50,661 bases of DNA from an uncultured Prevotellaceae bacterium. Lineage in GTDB: Bacteria; Bacteroidota; Bacteroidia; Bacteroidales; UBA3663. The stretch spans positions 1 to 50,661 of the forward strand of contig CAZBWT010000001.1 of assembly GCA_964495625.1 (NCBI GenBank), given 5' to 3'. The position numbers and the translations under genes were made by a program. Below, piece after piece: positions 27,699 through 37,847 of the stretch; the stretch's first letter is position 1, and each line of letters starts with the position of its first letter. Below the pieces are notes generated by a model. It saw nothing but the letters and a program-made list of their open reading frames with translations, had not been told where the DNA came from and did no database searches.

Positions 27699-30521
27699 AT
27701 GAAGAAGCAATTTTTAACCCTCATGTTGCTGACTTCGGCAACACTGACGGCGGTGGCGGTCAACCCGATTCCCACCGACCCGGATGTGCGCATCGGTCAT
27801 TTAGACAATGGTCTGACCTATTACATCCGTCACAACGAAACGCCCAAGAACAGCGTGGACTTCTATATTGCCCAGCGTGTCGGCTCGGTGAATGAGGAGG
27901 AGAATCAGCGTGGCTTGGCGCACTTCTTGGAGCACATGTGCTTCAACGGCACGGCGCACTTCCCCGGCAACTCTCTGATCTCTTATCTCGAGACCTTGGG
28001 CGTGAAGTTCGGTCGTAACTTGAATGCCTACACCTCGACCGACGAGACGGTGTATAACATCTGCGAGGTGCCCACGGCGCGTCAGTCCGCCCTCGACTCA
28101 TGCCTGCTTATTTTGCGCGACTGGAGTCACGACCTGACGCTCAGCGATGAAGACATTGATGCTGAACGCGGTGTGATCGAAGGGGAGTGGCGACAGCGTT
28201 GCAGCGCGGCAAACTATCGTCTGCTCGAGAAGGCTGCCCCCATTATCTACGACGGCGGCATCTATGGCAACCGTCTGCCCATCGGTTTGATGGAGGTGGT
28301 GAAGAACTTCGCCTACGACGATTTGCGCAGCTATTATCACCGCTGGTATTACCCCGAAAATCAGTGCATCATTGTGGTGGGTGACGTTGACCCGGACTAC
28401 ATCGAGTCGAAGATTAAGAGCCTGTTTGCCGACGTGGCTCGCCCCGCTCAGCCAGCCACTCCGCCGCGCTACACTATTGCCGACAACGAGCAGATAATCA
28501 GCACGGTGCAGACTGACAAGGAACAACCCTACACCATGGTGCAGCTCTATATTAAGCATGCCGACTTGCCCGACGACGAGGTGAACACCATTCAAGAGAT
28601 TCGCCACGATTATGTCAAAGACTTGGCGATGAGCATCTTGGCGGCTCGTTTCGACGAGTTGGAACAGCAGGAGAATGTGCCCTATACGAACCTCGGTGTG
28701 GGCGATATGAAACTGATGCTTTCAAACACCTGCCAGGCCCTGTTGCTGCGCGGGCAGGCTAAGAGCGGCGAGGCATTGCACTGCATGACGGTCTATGCCA
28801 CCGAGCTGAAGCGCGCCGCCCGCTATGGTGTGCTCGACACTGAGTTGGAGCGCGCCAAGGTGGCTGTGCAGGCTGAGATTGATGCCGACTATGCTGACCG
28901 TGAGAAGACCACCAACACGCAGTATGCGCGCCTTTATGTGCGTCATTATTTAGACGGCGGTGCGCTGCCTTCTGCCGAGGCTTATTACAAGATGATGAAG
29001 GGCGTGGCTGCCGGCGTGAAGGTGGCTGACGTGAACGATTATCTGCGCCGGGTGGTGAGCATGGATGGGCATAACGTGATTTGCGTGGCTTATGCCCCCG
29101 AGCATGCTATTGATGCCGACCTCACAGATCAGGCATTGGCAGATGCTTATATGGCGGTAGACACGTTGGCTTTGACACCGTGGGTGGATAATGTGGTGAC
29201 CGGCGACCTGATTGACAAGCTGCCTGCTCCGGGCAAGATTAAGCGTGAGCGTAAGTTGCGTCAGTTCGAGGCAAAGGAGTGGACTCTCTCGAACGGCATC
29301 AAGGTGATTGTGAAGAAGACCGACTATAAACCGAACCAGGTGTTGGTGGGTGCGTATAGCCCGGGTGGTTTCTCGCAGAACTTCGACCCTGCCGATAAGG
29401 CTAATTATAAGATGGCAGACGAGGTGCTCTCCGTGTCGGGCTATGGCAATTATTCGTCGGCTGAGCTGCGAAAACTGCTTGTGGGCAAGACGTTGCGCAC
29501 CAGTGTGCAGATTGACAATATGTTTGAGACGCTCGAGGCAAGCACTACGCCCGGCGATCTTGAGACTGCCTTCCAGATGCTTTATCTGAAAGCCACGGCT
29601 CCTCGCCGCGATGATGTGGCTTTTGCTAACCTGATGGCAACGACGCGCACCCGCTTGGAGAACCGCGTCACGAATGCCACGAACGCTATGGGTGATTCGA
29701 TTCACACCTACGTCTATAACCGCCATGTGTTTGGCTCGAAGTTGCAGGTTGAGGATTTGCCTAATGTGGACTATGACAAGATCTTAGCCATGCACCGCGA
29801 CCGCTTCGGCGATATGTCGGACTTCACCTTTATGGTGATTGGTAACTTCGACGAAGACTCGCTGCGAACCTTTGTGAAGCAGTATGTTGCCACACTGCCT
29901 GCCGCCGGACGCAAGGAGCAGCCGCGCGACGTGGATTATCGCTATGCTCAGGGCAACATCGACCGCCATTTTGCGCAACCGATGGAGACTCCGCAGTCTA
30001 TTGTCTATACGTTCTATAGCGGCGCGTGTGACTATAATGTGCACAATGTGGTGCTCGCCTCTGCTTTCGGTCAGATTCTCTCGTCGAAGCTCTATCAAGA
30101 CATTCGCGAGGCGCGCGGCTGGACCTATGGTGTGAAGACCCATTGCTCGGTGTCGGCGGGAATGAACGGCTCAGACCCCGCGCTCTTCATCTTGCCCGTC
30201 TACATTCGTGTGGCTCCCGAGAATGCCGACTCGACGCTCGCTATTGTCGACAGCACCATCAGCGCTATGGCTGACGTGAACTCGATTACCGACGAGGAGG
30301 TGCTGAAGGTGAAGCAGTATATGCTGAAGAGCAATGAGCAGAATGTGAAGGATAATGCCTACTGGTACACCGTGCTGAAGGCTTATGCCCGCTTCGGCAA
30401 GGATATGAACAGCGGCTTTGTTGAGGCAGTGAATGCCCTCACACCTCAGGCGGTGGCAGACTTTGCACGCACGCAACTGAAGCCTACCTCGGTGATTCAC
30501 CTCACGATGAACCCCGAGTGA
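27699..30521 (+). CDS. M16 (insulinase/pitrilysin) family zinc peptidase, two-module
   Basis: 940 aa. Signal peptide. Inverted zinc motif HFLEHMCFNGT (HxxEH) with downstream Glu region. Length fits fused active plus inactive M16 halves. Confidence 0.85.
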   Translation: MKKQFLTLMLLTSATLTAVAVNPIPTDPDVRIGHLDNGLTYYIRHNETPKNSVDFYIAQRVGSVNEEENQRGLAHFLEHMCFNGTAHFPGNSLISYLETLGVKFGRNLNAYTSTDETVYNICEVPTARQSALDSCLLILRDWSHDLTLSDEDIDAERGVIEGEWRQRCSAANYRLLEKAAPIIYDGGIYGNRLPIGLMEVVKNFAYDDLRSYYHRWYYPENQCIIVVGDVDPDYIESKIKSLFADVARPAQPATPPRYTIADNEQIISTVQTDKEQPYTMVQLYIKHADLPDDEVNTIQEIRHDYVKDLAMSILAARFDELEQQENVPYTNLGVGDMKLMLSNTCQALLLRGQAKSGEALHCMTVYATELKRAARYGVLDTELERAKVAVQAEIDADYADREKTTNTQYARLYVRHYLDGGALPSAEAYYKMMKGVAAGVKVADVNDYLRRVVSMDGHNVICVAYAPEHAIDADLTDQALADAYMAVDTLALTPWVDNVVTGDLIDKLPAPGKIKRERKLRQFEAKEWTLSNGIKVIVKKTDYKPNQVLVGAYSPGGFSQNFDPADKANYKMADEVLSVSGYGNYSSAELRKLLVGKTLRTSVQIDNMFETLEASTTPGDLETAFQMLYLKATAPRRDDVAFANLMATTRTRLENRVTNATNAMGDSIHTYVYNRHVFGSKLQVEDLPNVDYDKILAMHRDRFGDMSDFTFMVIGNFDEDSLRTFVKQYVATLPAAGRKEQPRDVDYRYAQGNIDRHFAQPMETPQSIVYTFYSGACDYNVHNVVLASAFGQILSSKLYQDIREARGWTYGVKTHCSVSAGMNGSDPALFILPVYIRVAPENADSTLAIVDSTISAMADVNSITDEEVLKVKQYMLKSNEQNVKDNAYWYTVLKAYARFGKDMNSGFVEAVNALTPQAVADFARTQLKPTSVIHLTMNPE

Positions 30522-30571
30522 CGGGCGAGGGGGGCTGGCCACAATCGGCTGCCCGCATTCCCACCCTTTTG

Positions 30572-30617
30572 GCACCCGCATTTGCCTCGGTTTGGCACAT
30601 GCGGGTGCTTTATTTTT
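30572..30617 (+). terminator. Rho-independent terminator after the M16 peptidase gene
   Basis: 10-bp stem gcacccgcat/atgcgggtgc followed by tttattttt. Confidence 0.8.
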
Positions 30618-30669
30618 GCCTCTCCACAAGGGCTATGCCCCTAAGAATGATAAAAATGTGGTCTGTGAA

Positions 30670-30700
30670 TTTGCAACTTGCGTCAGTTTGCCTATCTTTG
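30670..30700 (+). promoter_or_regulatory. Full promoter TTTG-N19-TATCTTTG (GH3-HAD operon)
   Basis: TTTG at 30670-30673 and TATCTTTG at 30693-30700. 21 nt before ATG 30722. Confidence 0.75.
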
Positions 30701-30721
30701 CGCAATACTACATAAACAATC

Positions 30722-32428
30722 ATGGCTAAAAAAATTGAAACTAAGAACCTCTGGCTGGTCAACACAGCGTTGACGTGTGCCGGCGGTCTGCTCTACTTGC
30801 AGCTGAAACAAGCCAGCAAGAATCCGCGTAAGACCAGCGAGAAGACGCTGCGATCAATATTAGAATACGCAAAAGACTCGGTGTATGGTCGCGAGCACCA
30901 TTTTGCAGACATCCTTAAAGCTAAAGACGACACAGAGCTCTATGAATTGTATGCTCAGTATGTGAAGCCTAATGACTACGAAGACCTGCGCCCCTATGTG
31001 GAGCGCCACAAGCACGGCGAGGCTGACGTGCTCTTCCCCGGCAAACCGGTGATGTATGCCACGACTTCGGGCACGACCAGCCAGCCTAAATGGATTCCCA
31101 TCACCCGCACTTATCTCAAGAATGTTTATGGCAAGATGACCAAGGTGTGGCTCTTCAACTTCATCAAGAACCGCCCGCACGTCTTCGAGGGTCCCATTGT
31201 GTCGATTGTGGGCAAGCGCATTGAGGGTTATGCCCCCGACGGCACCGTGTTCGGATCGGTGTCGGGTGTGACGCAGCAAGATGCTCCGCAGTTCGTGAAA
31301 GACCTTTATGCTTCGCCCGCCGAAGTCTTCGCCATTGAAGATTATAAGGCACGCTATTATGCCATCATGCGTATGGGCATTGAGCGTAACGTGCATCTGG
31401 TGATTACGGCTAATCCATCGACAATCGTCGAGATGCAAAACAATGTAAATCAGTTCTATGATGAATATGTTAACGACATAGAGCACGGCACGATGAGCGA
31501 CAAGGTGGACATTCCGGAGAAGATTCGCGCCGCCATCGCTCCCTGCCTCAAGCCGAACCCCGAACGTGCTGCCGAACTCCGTGCCTTGAAGGCAAAGTAT
31601 GGCACCGTGCTGCCCAAGCACTACTGGCCCGACTTGCAGATCCTCACCACCTGGAAGTGTGGCAACACGCGTGTCTATCTCGACAAGTTTAAAGATTCCT
31701 TCCCGCAGGGCATGCTCCACCAGGAGTTCGCTTATTTCTCGAGCGAGTGCCGCTTCGGTTTGGTGCTCGACGATACGCTCAACACGGTGCTCTTCCCTCA
31801 CTACCACTTCTATGAGTTTATTGCCGAGGAGGATTTGGGCAAAGAGAATCCCAAGTTCTTGCGGCTGCATGAGCTGCAGTGCGGCAAGCGTTATTGCCCC
31901 TATGTGACGACTTTTGCAGGTCTCTATCGCTACAACATGAACGACCTTGTGGAGGCGGGTCCGAGCTTCGGCAATACCCCCACGGTGCACATGATACAGA
32001 AGGTGAACGGCATCGTCACCATGACGGGCGAGAAGTTGCACGAGCGTCAGTTTATCGAGGCTGTGCACGACGCTGAGGTGGAGACGGGCTTGAAGACGAA
32101 GTTCTTTGTGGGCTTTGCCGAGCTGTCGTCGTCGTCTTATCACTTCTATTATGAGTTCGTCGATCAGAACATCACCCAGCAGCAGGCTGACGACTTCACC
32201 GTGGTGGTGGACCGTTTGCTGAAGGAGAAGAATATGGAGTATGATGCCAAGCGTAAGTCGTTCCGTGTGAAAGACCCCGTCGCTCACATCTTGGTGGCTG
32301 ACTCGTTCGAGAAGTTTAAGGCTCGCTGCATAGCCGAGGGTGCTCGCGACGGTCAGTTTAAGCTGAACCTGTTGCTGCAAGATGAGCCGCGCCACGCTAA
32401 GTTTAAAGACTTGGTGAAGCAAGCGTAA
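30722..32428 (+). CDS. GH3-family adenylate-forming acyl-acid amido synthetase homologue
   Basis: 568 aa. The three GH3 hallmark segments are present: TTSGTTSQPKWIP (plant SSGTSxGxxK), AYFSSECRFG (YxSSE), GLYRYNMNDLV (GLYRYxxGD). Confidence 0.85.
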   Translation: MAKKIETKNLWLVNTALTCAGGLLYLQLKQASKNPRKTSEKTLRSILEYAKDSVYGREHHFADILKAKDDTELYELYAQYVKPNDYEDLRPYVERHKHGEADVLFPGKPVMYATTSGTTSQPKWIPITRTYLKNVYGKMTKVWLFNFIKNRPHVFEGPIVSIVGKRIEGYAPDGTVFGSVSGVTQQDAPQFVKDLYASPAEVFAIEDYKARYYAIMRMGIERNVHLVITANPSTIVEMQNNVNQFYDEYVNDIEHGTMSDKVDIPEKIRAAIAPCLKPNPERAAELRALKAKYGTVLPKHYWPDLQILTTWKCGNTRVYLDKFKDSFPQGMLHQEFAYFSSECRFGLVLDDTLNTVLFPHYHFYEFIAEEDLGKENPKFLRLHELQCGKRYCPYVTTFAGLYRYNMNDLVEAGPSFGNTPTVHMIQKVNGIVTMTGEKLHERQFIEAVHDAEVETGLKTKFFVGFAELSSSSYHFYYEFVDQNITQQQADDFTVVVDRLLKEKNMEYDAKRKSFRVKDPVAHILVADSFEKFKARCIAEGARDGQFKLNLLLQDEPRHAKFKDLVKQA

Positions 32429-32443
32429 CCCCAAGACAACCCT

Positions 32444-33118
32444 ATGAAGTTAGATAATGTGCGTGCCGTCGTCTTCGACCTCGACGGCACGCTTTATGAC
32501 TCGCGCCGCTTGCCTTTGCACCTTATTTGCGGCGACCTGCGCAATGCGCTCACTTTGCGTGCCGAACGCCAGGCGCGCCACGCCTTGGCGGGCAAGGAAT
32601 TCGACACACCCGAGGCTCTGATTGAGACCCTCTTTGCCGATATTGCCGAGCGCCGCACCAAGCTGCGCACCAAGCAGGTGGAGAAGTGGTATTTGGAGTG
32701 TTATATGCCGCTGATGATACACGTGCTGCGCCGTCACTATAAGGCGCGTCCGCACGTTGCCGAGTTAGTGGCTGCACTGAAGGCTCGTGGCATCAAGGTG
32801 GCGGTGTTTTCTGACTACGGCACTGTGGCTGATAAGCTGCGCGCCATAGGGCTTGACCCCGACCTCTTCGACCAGCTTTTCGATGCCTTGGCTTTGGGCG
32901 GCTTGAAACCGTCGGCACGCACGTTTAATCGCGTGGCTGCGGCATTGGGTGTTCCGCCCGAAGAAATCTTGATGGTGGGCGATCGACTCGACACCGATGG
33001 TGCAGGCGCTCAAGCCACGGGCATGCAGTTCGTGCATTTGCAGACGCGCAAGAAGCAGCTCCCGCATGAGGGCATTGAGATGCATCCGTGGGAGGAGCTT
33101 TGCAGTTTGCTGAAATAA
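32444..33118 (+). CDS. HAD-superfamily hydrolase
   Basis: 224 aa. Motif I VVFDLDGTLYDS. Motif IV MVGDRLDTDGAGA. Starts 15 nt after the GH3 stop. Confidence 0.8.
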   Translation: MKLDNVRAVVFDLDGTLYDSRRLPLHLICGDLRNALTLRAERQARHALAGKEFDTPEALIETLFADIAERRTKLRTKQVEKWYLECYMPLMIHVLRRHYKARPHVAELVAALKARGIKVAVFSDYGTVADKLRAIGLDPDLFDQLFDALALGGLKPSARTFNRVAAALGVPPEEILMVGDRLDTDGAGAQATGMQFVHLQTRKKQLPHEGIEMHPWEELCSLLK

Positions 33119-33193
33119 CCATGCACCTTTGTGCCGTGTTCCTTACTGAAACAAACATGCATTCCTAAGCTTGTGTTCCTCACAAAATAAATA

Positions 33194-33227
33194 TGCGCCC
33201 CTTGAGCCGTGTGACTCAAGGGGCGCA
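33194..33227. terminator. Bidirectional terminator between the HAD gene and the V-ATPase operon
   Basis: 13-bp stem tgcgccccttgag/ctcaaggggcgca. The minus-strand reading is followed by tatttattttgtg. Confidence 0.8.
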
Positions 33228-33255
33228 GTTGTGTGTGTTACAGGGGTAATGGAAA

Positions 33256-33693
<438 letters not shown>

Positions 33694-33766
33694 TTATTTT
33701 TCTTTGTTTATTGATTCGATATTGTTTGCTCTGTTGTGCAGGGCTTGTCTTTCAAAAGTCGTCAGC

Positions 33767-35659
33767 TTACTTCTCGCGGTCGCTCAATGCCAAAGGGGTG
33801 TAAGCCTCGCCCTTGCCGTCGTAGCCGGAGTTTTTGAAGTATTCTACGAACGTCAAGCGCAGCGGGTGCACAAAGGCACTGAGGCACGACATGGCGATGT
33901 TGAGCGTGTGTCCGAAGACTAAGATGAGACCGCAGGCAATCCAGCCCACCAAGGCTCCACCGAAGCCCGAGATGCCGGCAATAGCGCCGTCGCGGGCCAT
34001 GAAGGCTAACTGGTTGAAGACGCTGCCGAGCATGGCTCCCGCCAAACCGAGTGCATAGAGGCGCACATACGACAAGATGTCGCTGAGCAGACCGGTTGCC
34101 ATGCTATAGGTATCCCACAAGCCCACACCGATGTTGAGGAAAACGTTGCGGCGCAGGTTGTTCAACAGATAGATGCCAATGGCGGAAACACTGCCGATGA
34201 TGATGAACGACCACTGCGTCACCTCTGCCGAGATGAGGCGGAAGAATGAGAGACTGCCCACCGTGATGCCACCCACCACGAGGAGCATCCAGCCCCACGC
34301 GCTGAGTGCCTCTTTGAAGCCGTAGCGCAGTGTCTGACCGATGGCTTTCACCACCATGGCGAAGCATACGTGCACCACACCAATCAGCAGCGCGAGCACC
34401 ATCTGGCGGTCGAACTCCGTGCCGTCAATCTTGCCCACCACCATCCAGCGCTTTACGCTTTCGGGCAGGTTGAGGTCGAAGAGGCTCACACCGAAGCAGG
34501 TGCCGAGCAGCGCACCGATGATGGTGGTTGCCACGCCTAAGGTAATCACGAGGTTCATCATGCCGTGCATCTTGGGTTGCACTTTGCGCTTCAAGAAGAT
34601 GCCTAACAAGATGAGTAACACACCATAGCCCGCATCGCCCATACAGAACCCGAAGAAGAGGGTGAAGAACGGCGCAATGAAAGGTGTGGGGTCGAACTCG
34701 CCATAGTCCGGCATGCCATACATGCGCGTCAGCACTTCATACATGCGGGCGAAGGCATTGTTGCGCAGCTTGATGGGGGCATTGTCTTCTTTGTGTGCGG
34801 GGCGAGAGGTGAAGTAGAGTCCGCTGATGGCACGCAGTTTAGCGTCGAGTGCCTCCTTGTCGCGAGTGGGCACCCATCCCTCGAGCAACATCACGCGCCC
34901 GGCTGCCTCGTCGGCGGTGGTGAGGCGCACCGACTGCAGGTCGAGGTGCTCGCGGCAGCTGTAGCAGGCATCTTCCATCTCGCGATAGTGAGCCAAGGCG
35001 AAGTCGCCTTGTTTGATGCGCAGCTTCTTGAGGTCGTCTTTGGCGCGCGTCTGCAGCATGATGAGCGTAGACTGCGGACTGGGTCCCAAGTGCACCTCGT
35101 TAGCACCCGGCAGAGCGGTCAGCTCGTCGGCAGAGCGCGTCACGGTGATGAAGTAGACGAGTTTCGGCGTGCGGTTGATGACCGTGGCGTGATGCTCTTT
35201 CGTCCACTCGGGGCGCAAATCCTTGGGCGAAACCGTCCAGAACCGCACCGTCCACCCCGCCATAGTCAGCTTGTGAATGCTCTCAAAACTAAAGTCGCCC
35301 CACGGGGCCACAGCCTGTATGTCATGCTCCAAGTTTGCCATGTTGCGTTGCTCTTCGGCAATCTGCGAGCACAAATCCTGCCAAGCCACCTCAATGCGCT
35401 CCACCTCGTAGGTGATGCCTTGGGGCAGTGCGGGCAGTGCCTCAAGGTCTTCTTTCTTGAGCGTGGCGCGCATCTGTTCGAGCATCAGTTCATAACGTTT
35501 GCAGCGCGCCATGTCGGCCTGGAAGTTGCTGTCGTCGGCGGGATTAGCCGTGCCGGTAGGGGTGACGTGCAGCACGCCCAAAGCCTGCAGCTGCGTCAAG
35601 AACGACTCGTAGCCGGCGGTATGCACCAAGAAGGTGTAATGGGTCATCTTCTCAATCAT
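33767..35659 (-). CDS. ntpI: V-type ATPase subunit I (membrane a-subunit)
   Basis: 630 aa. Soluble N-terminal half, polytopic C-terminal half. ATGA overlap with subunit D (35656-35659). Operon position. Confidence 0.8.
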   Translation of the reverse strand: MIEKMTHYTFLVHTAGYESFLTQLQALGVLHVTPTGTANPADDSNFQADMARCKRYELMLEQMRATLKKEDLEALPALPQGITYEVERIEVAWQDLCSQIAEEQRNMANLEHDIQAVAPWGDFSFESIHKLTMAGWTVRFWTVSPKDLRPEWTKEHHATVINRTPKLVYFITVTRSADELTALPGANEVHLGPSPQSTLIMLQTRAKDDLKKLRIKQGDFALAHYREMEDACYSCREHLDLQSVRLTTADEAAGRVMLLEGWVPTRDKEALDAKLRAISGLYFTSRPAHKEDNAPIKLRNNAFARMYEVLTRMYGMPDYGEFDPTPFIAPFFTLFFGFCMGDAGYGVLLILLGIFLKRKVQPKMHGMMNLVITLGVATTIIGALLGTCFGVSLFDLNLPESVKRWMVVGKIDGTEFDRQMVLALLIGVVHVCFAMVVKAIGQTLRYGFKEALSAWGWMLLVVGGITVGSLSFFRLISAEVTQWSFIIIGSVSAIGIYLLNNLRRNVFLNIGVGLWDTYSMATGLLSDILSYVRLYALGLAGAMLGSVFNQLAFMARDGAIAGISGFGGALVGWIACGLILVFGHTLNIAMSCLSAFVHPLRLTFVEYFKNSGYDGKGEAYTPLALSDREK

Positions 35660-36357
35660 GATAACACGTCCTCCTTGCCGTGATTATTGGGGGTATCGAT
35701 TTCCGTTTCGCGCAAGAAGAACTCGCCGTCGGCATCGCTGTCGTCGGTGTCGGCATTGCCCAGCTGCGAGCGGTGACGCTCTTGCGAGGCGCGCATAATC
35801 TTCTGCGAAGACTTCGAGAGGCTCTCTTCATCTTCCATAAAACGCTTAATCTTGCGCAAGGCATCCTGATAGCCGGGTATCTGCACCTTCTCGAAAAGGT
35901 TGACCTTCTGTGTCGTCTTCTTGCGTGCAAACTCCAGGAGCCCGAGGCGGCGCGTCACCAGGTCGTGCTCTAAGCCCGTGTGCGCCAATTCGCGCAGCAC
36001 CTGCACACCGTCGGCGAACCAAGCCGGGGCATCGAACATGCTGAAGGGTGCAATGGCGAAGTCTATGCTGTCGAGCACCGGCACCAACACACCCGCTATC
36101 TTGCGGCTGCGCAGATGCACATCGCTGATTGAGATGAGCGACGCGTCAAACTCATTCCACAGCGCGCGCATAGACTGATAAGCCTTGATCTGTTCCTCCA
36201 ATTTCAAGTCTAATGCCACCGCCTCGTCTTTACACTTCTTCACCTCCATGCGCAGGGCACTCTCCTTGCTCTTCAGTGTGGGCAGGGTGCGCACGCGCAT
36301 CTTGAGGTCCTTCTCAAGTGTTTGCAGCGATGTCTTGTTATATTGAAACTTGATCAT
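35656..36357 (-). CDS. ntpD: V-type ATPase subunit D
   Basis: 233 aa, coiled-coil-rich (TLPTLKSKESALRMEVKK...). Sits between B and I. Acidic C-terminal tail. Confidence 0.8.
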   Translation of the reverse strand: MIKFQYNKTSLQTLEKDLKMRVRTLPTLKSKESALRMEVKKCKDEAVALDLKLEEQIKAYQSMRALWNEFDASLISISDVHLRSRKIAGVLVPVLDSIDFAIAPFSMFDAPAWFADGVQVLRELAHTGLEHDLVTRRLGLLEFARKKTTQKVNLFEKVQIPGYQDALRKIKRFMEDEESLSKSSQKIMRASQERHRSQLGNADTDDSDADGEFFLRETEIDTPNNHGKEDVLS

Positions 36358-36381
36358 AAAAATAATAATCTAAAGTGCTGA

Positions 36382-37695
36382 TTAGCTGGGCCAGTATTTA
36401 TCGACCAATGCGCGCTTCACGTTCACCTCTTCAGGCTTGAAGTGGGCGGCAAAGAGACTCCACACCTTGTCGAGCATCTCGTTGGTGTCGAGGTTTACGT
36501 CGATGGCGAGGATGTCGTTGGCATATTCGCGGGCGAAGGCAAGGCAGCGTTCGTCGTAGTTCGTCAGGTCGAAGCCGTTCTCGCTCTTGGTGCGCGCATT
36601 GGTTGCGTCAGAATAGAGGCGCACTGCGGCATTCATCACCTGCGGGTGGTCTTCACGCGTCTTCTTGCCCTGCACCAACTGTTTCAGTCGCGACAGCGAG
36701 CGGAAGGGGTCCACGATGACCTTGCCGATCTCAGAGTCGCGGCGAAGATAAAGCTGCCCTTCGGTGATGTAGCCCGTGTTGTCTGGCACGGCATGAGTGA
36801 TGTCTCCGCCCGACAAGGTCGTCACGGCTATGATGGTGATAGAACCGCCCGAGGGGAACTGCACCGCCTTCTCGTAGATCTTGGCGAGGTCGGAATAGAG
36901 CGAACCGGGCATAGAGTCTTTTGAGGGAATCTGATCCATACGGTTCGACACAATAGCCAACGCATCGGCATACGAGGTCATATCGGTGAGCAACACGAGC
37001 ACCTTCTCGTTGTGCTTCACGGCGAAATATTCGGCTGCCGTCAGCGACATATCGGGAATGAGCAAACGTTCAACGGGCGGGTTCTCTGTGGTATTGATGA
37101 AGCTGACGATGCGGTCTAACGCACCGGCTTCCGAGAAGACGTTCTTAAAATAGAGATAGTCGTCGTTGGTCATACCCATGGCACCGAGAATAATCTTGTC
37201 TGCCTTGGCGCGCATTGCCACCGTTGCCATCACCTGGTTGAAGGGTTGATCCGGGTCGGCAAAGAAGGGAATCTTCTGACCCGACACGAGTGTGTTGTTG
37301 AGGTCGATGCCGGCGATGCCGGTGGCAATCAACTCCGAGGGCTGCTTGCGGCGCACGGGGTTCACTGACGGACCACCAATTTCCACCTCTTCACCCTCAA
37401 CCGCGGGACCGCCGTCGATGGGTTGACCAAAGGCGTTAAAGAAGCGACCGGCGAGCTGCGGACTCACCTTCAGCGTGGGGGCTTTGCCCAAGAAGACCAC
37501 TTCGGCATTGGTACGCACACCGCCGGTGCCGCCAAACACCTGCAGGGTCACCTCGTTGCCCACCACCTTCACCACCTGGGCGAGCTGCCCGTCGATGGTT
37601 GCCAACTCATCGGCACCTACGCCTTTGGCGCGCAGTGTGACCGTAGCCTTGGTGATGGCAGAGAGTTTGCAATATATCTTTGTGAATGCTTTCAT
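36382..37695 (-). CDS. ntpB: V-type ATPase subunit B
   Basis: 437 aa. Non-catalytic nucleotide-binding-fold homologue (IPFFADPDQPFNQV, SITIIAVTTLSGGDITHAVPDNTGYITEGQLYL). Confidence 0.92.
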   Translation of the reverse strand: MKAFTKIYCKLSAITKATVTLRAKGVGADELATIDGQLAQVVKVVGNEVTLQVFGGTGGVRTNAEVVFLGKAPTLKVSPQLAGRFFNAFGQPIDGGPAVEGEEVEIGGPSVNPVRRKQPSELIATGIAGIDLNNTLVSGQKIPFFADPDQPFNQVMATVAMRAKADKIILGAMGMTNDDYLYFKNVFSEAGALDRIVSFINTTENPPVERLLIPDMSLTAAEYFAVKHNEKVLVLLTDMTSYADALAIVSNRMDQIPSKDSMPGSLYSDLAKIYEKAVQFPSGGSITIIAVTTLSGGDITHAVPDNTGYITEGQLYLRRDSEIGKVIVDPFRSLSRLKQLVQGKKTREDHPQVMNAAVRLYSDATNARTKSENGFDLTNYDERCLAFAREYANDILAIDVNLDTNEMLDKVWSLFAAHFKPEEVNVKRALVDKYWPS

Positions 37696-37847
37696 CTTAT
37701 AGGGGTTATTTATAAGTGCTTATAGTGTGAATTAACCAAGCGTTGTCAGGGCGCTAAGCTCGTTGGTTCTAAGCCTGTTTTAGCAAATTTTGTGTATGCT
37801 TATGCCAAGCTCGTTTGAGCCGAGCCAAGAAGTTTGAGCCAGTCGGC

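Noticed and set aside
30860-32434. 524-aa ORF antisense to almost the whole GH3 gene.
   Set aside because: It is codon-aligned with the sense frame: both codon sets start at positions congruent to 2 mod 3. Its stops could therefore arise only from sense TTA, CTA or TCA codons, which this gene avoids. The translation is Leu/His/Val/Arg-rich low-complexity sequence with no motif. The sense strand carries three GH3 hallmark motifs. It is a shadow ORF.
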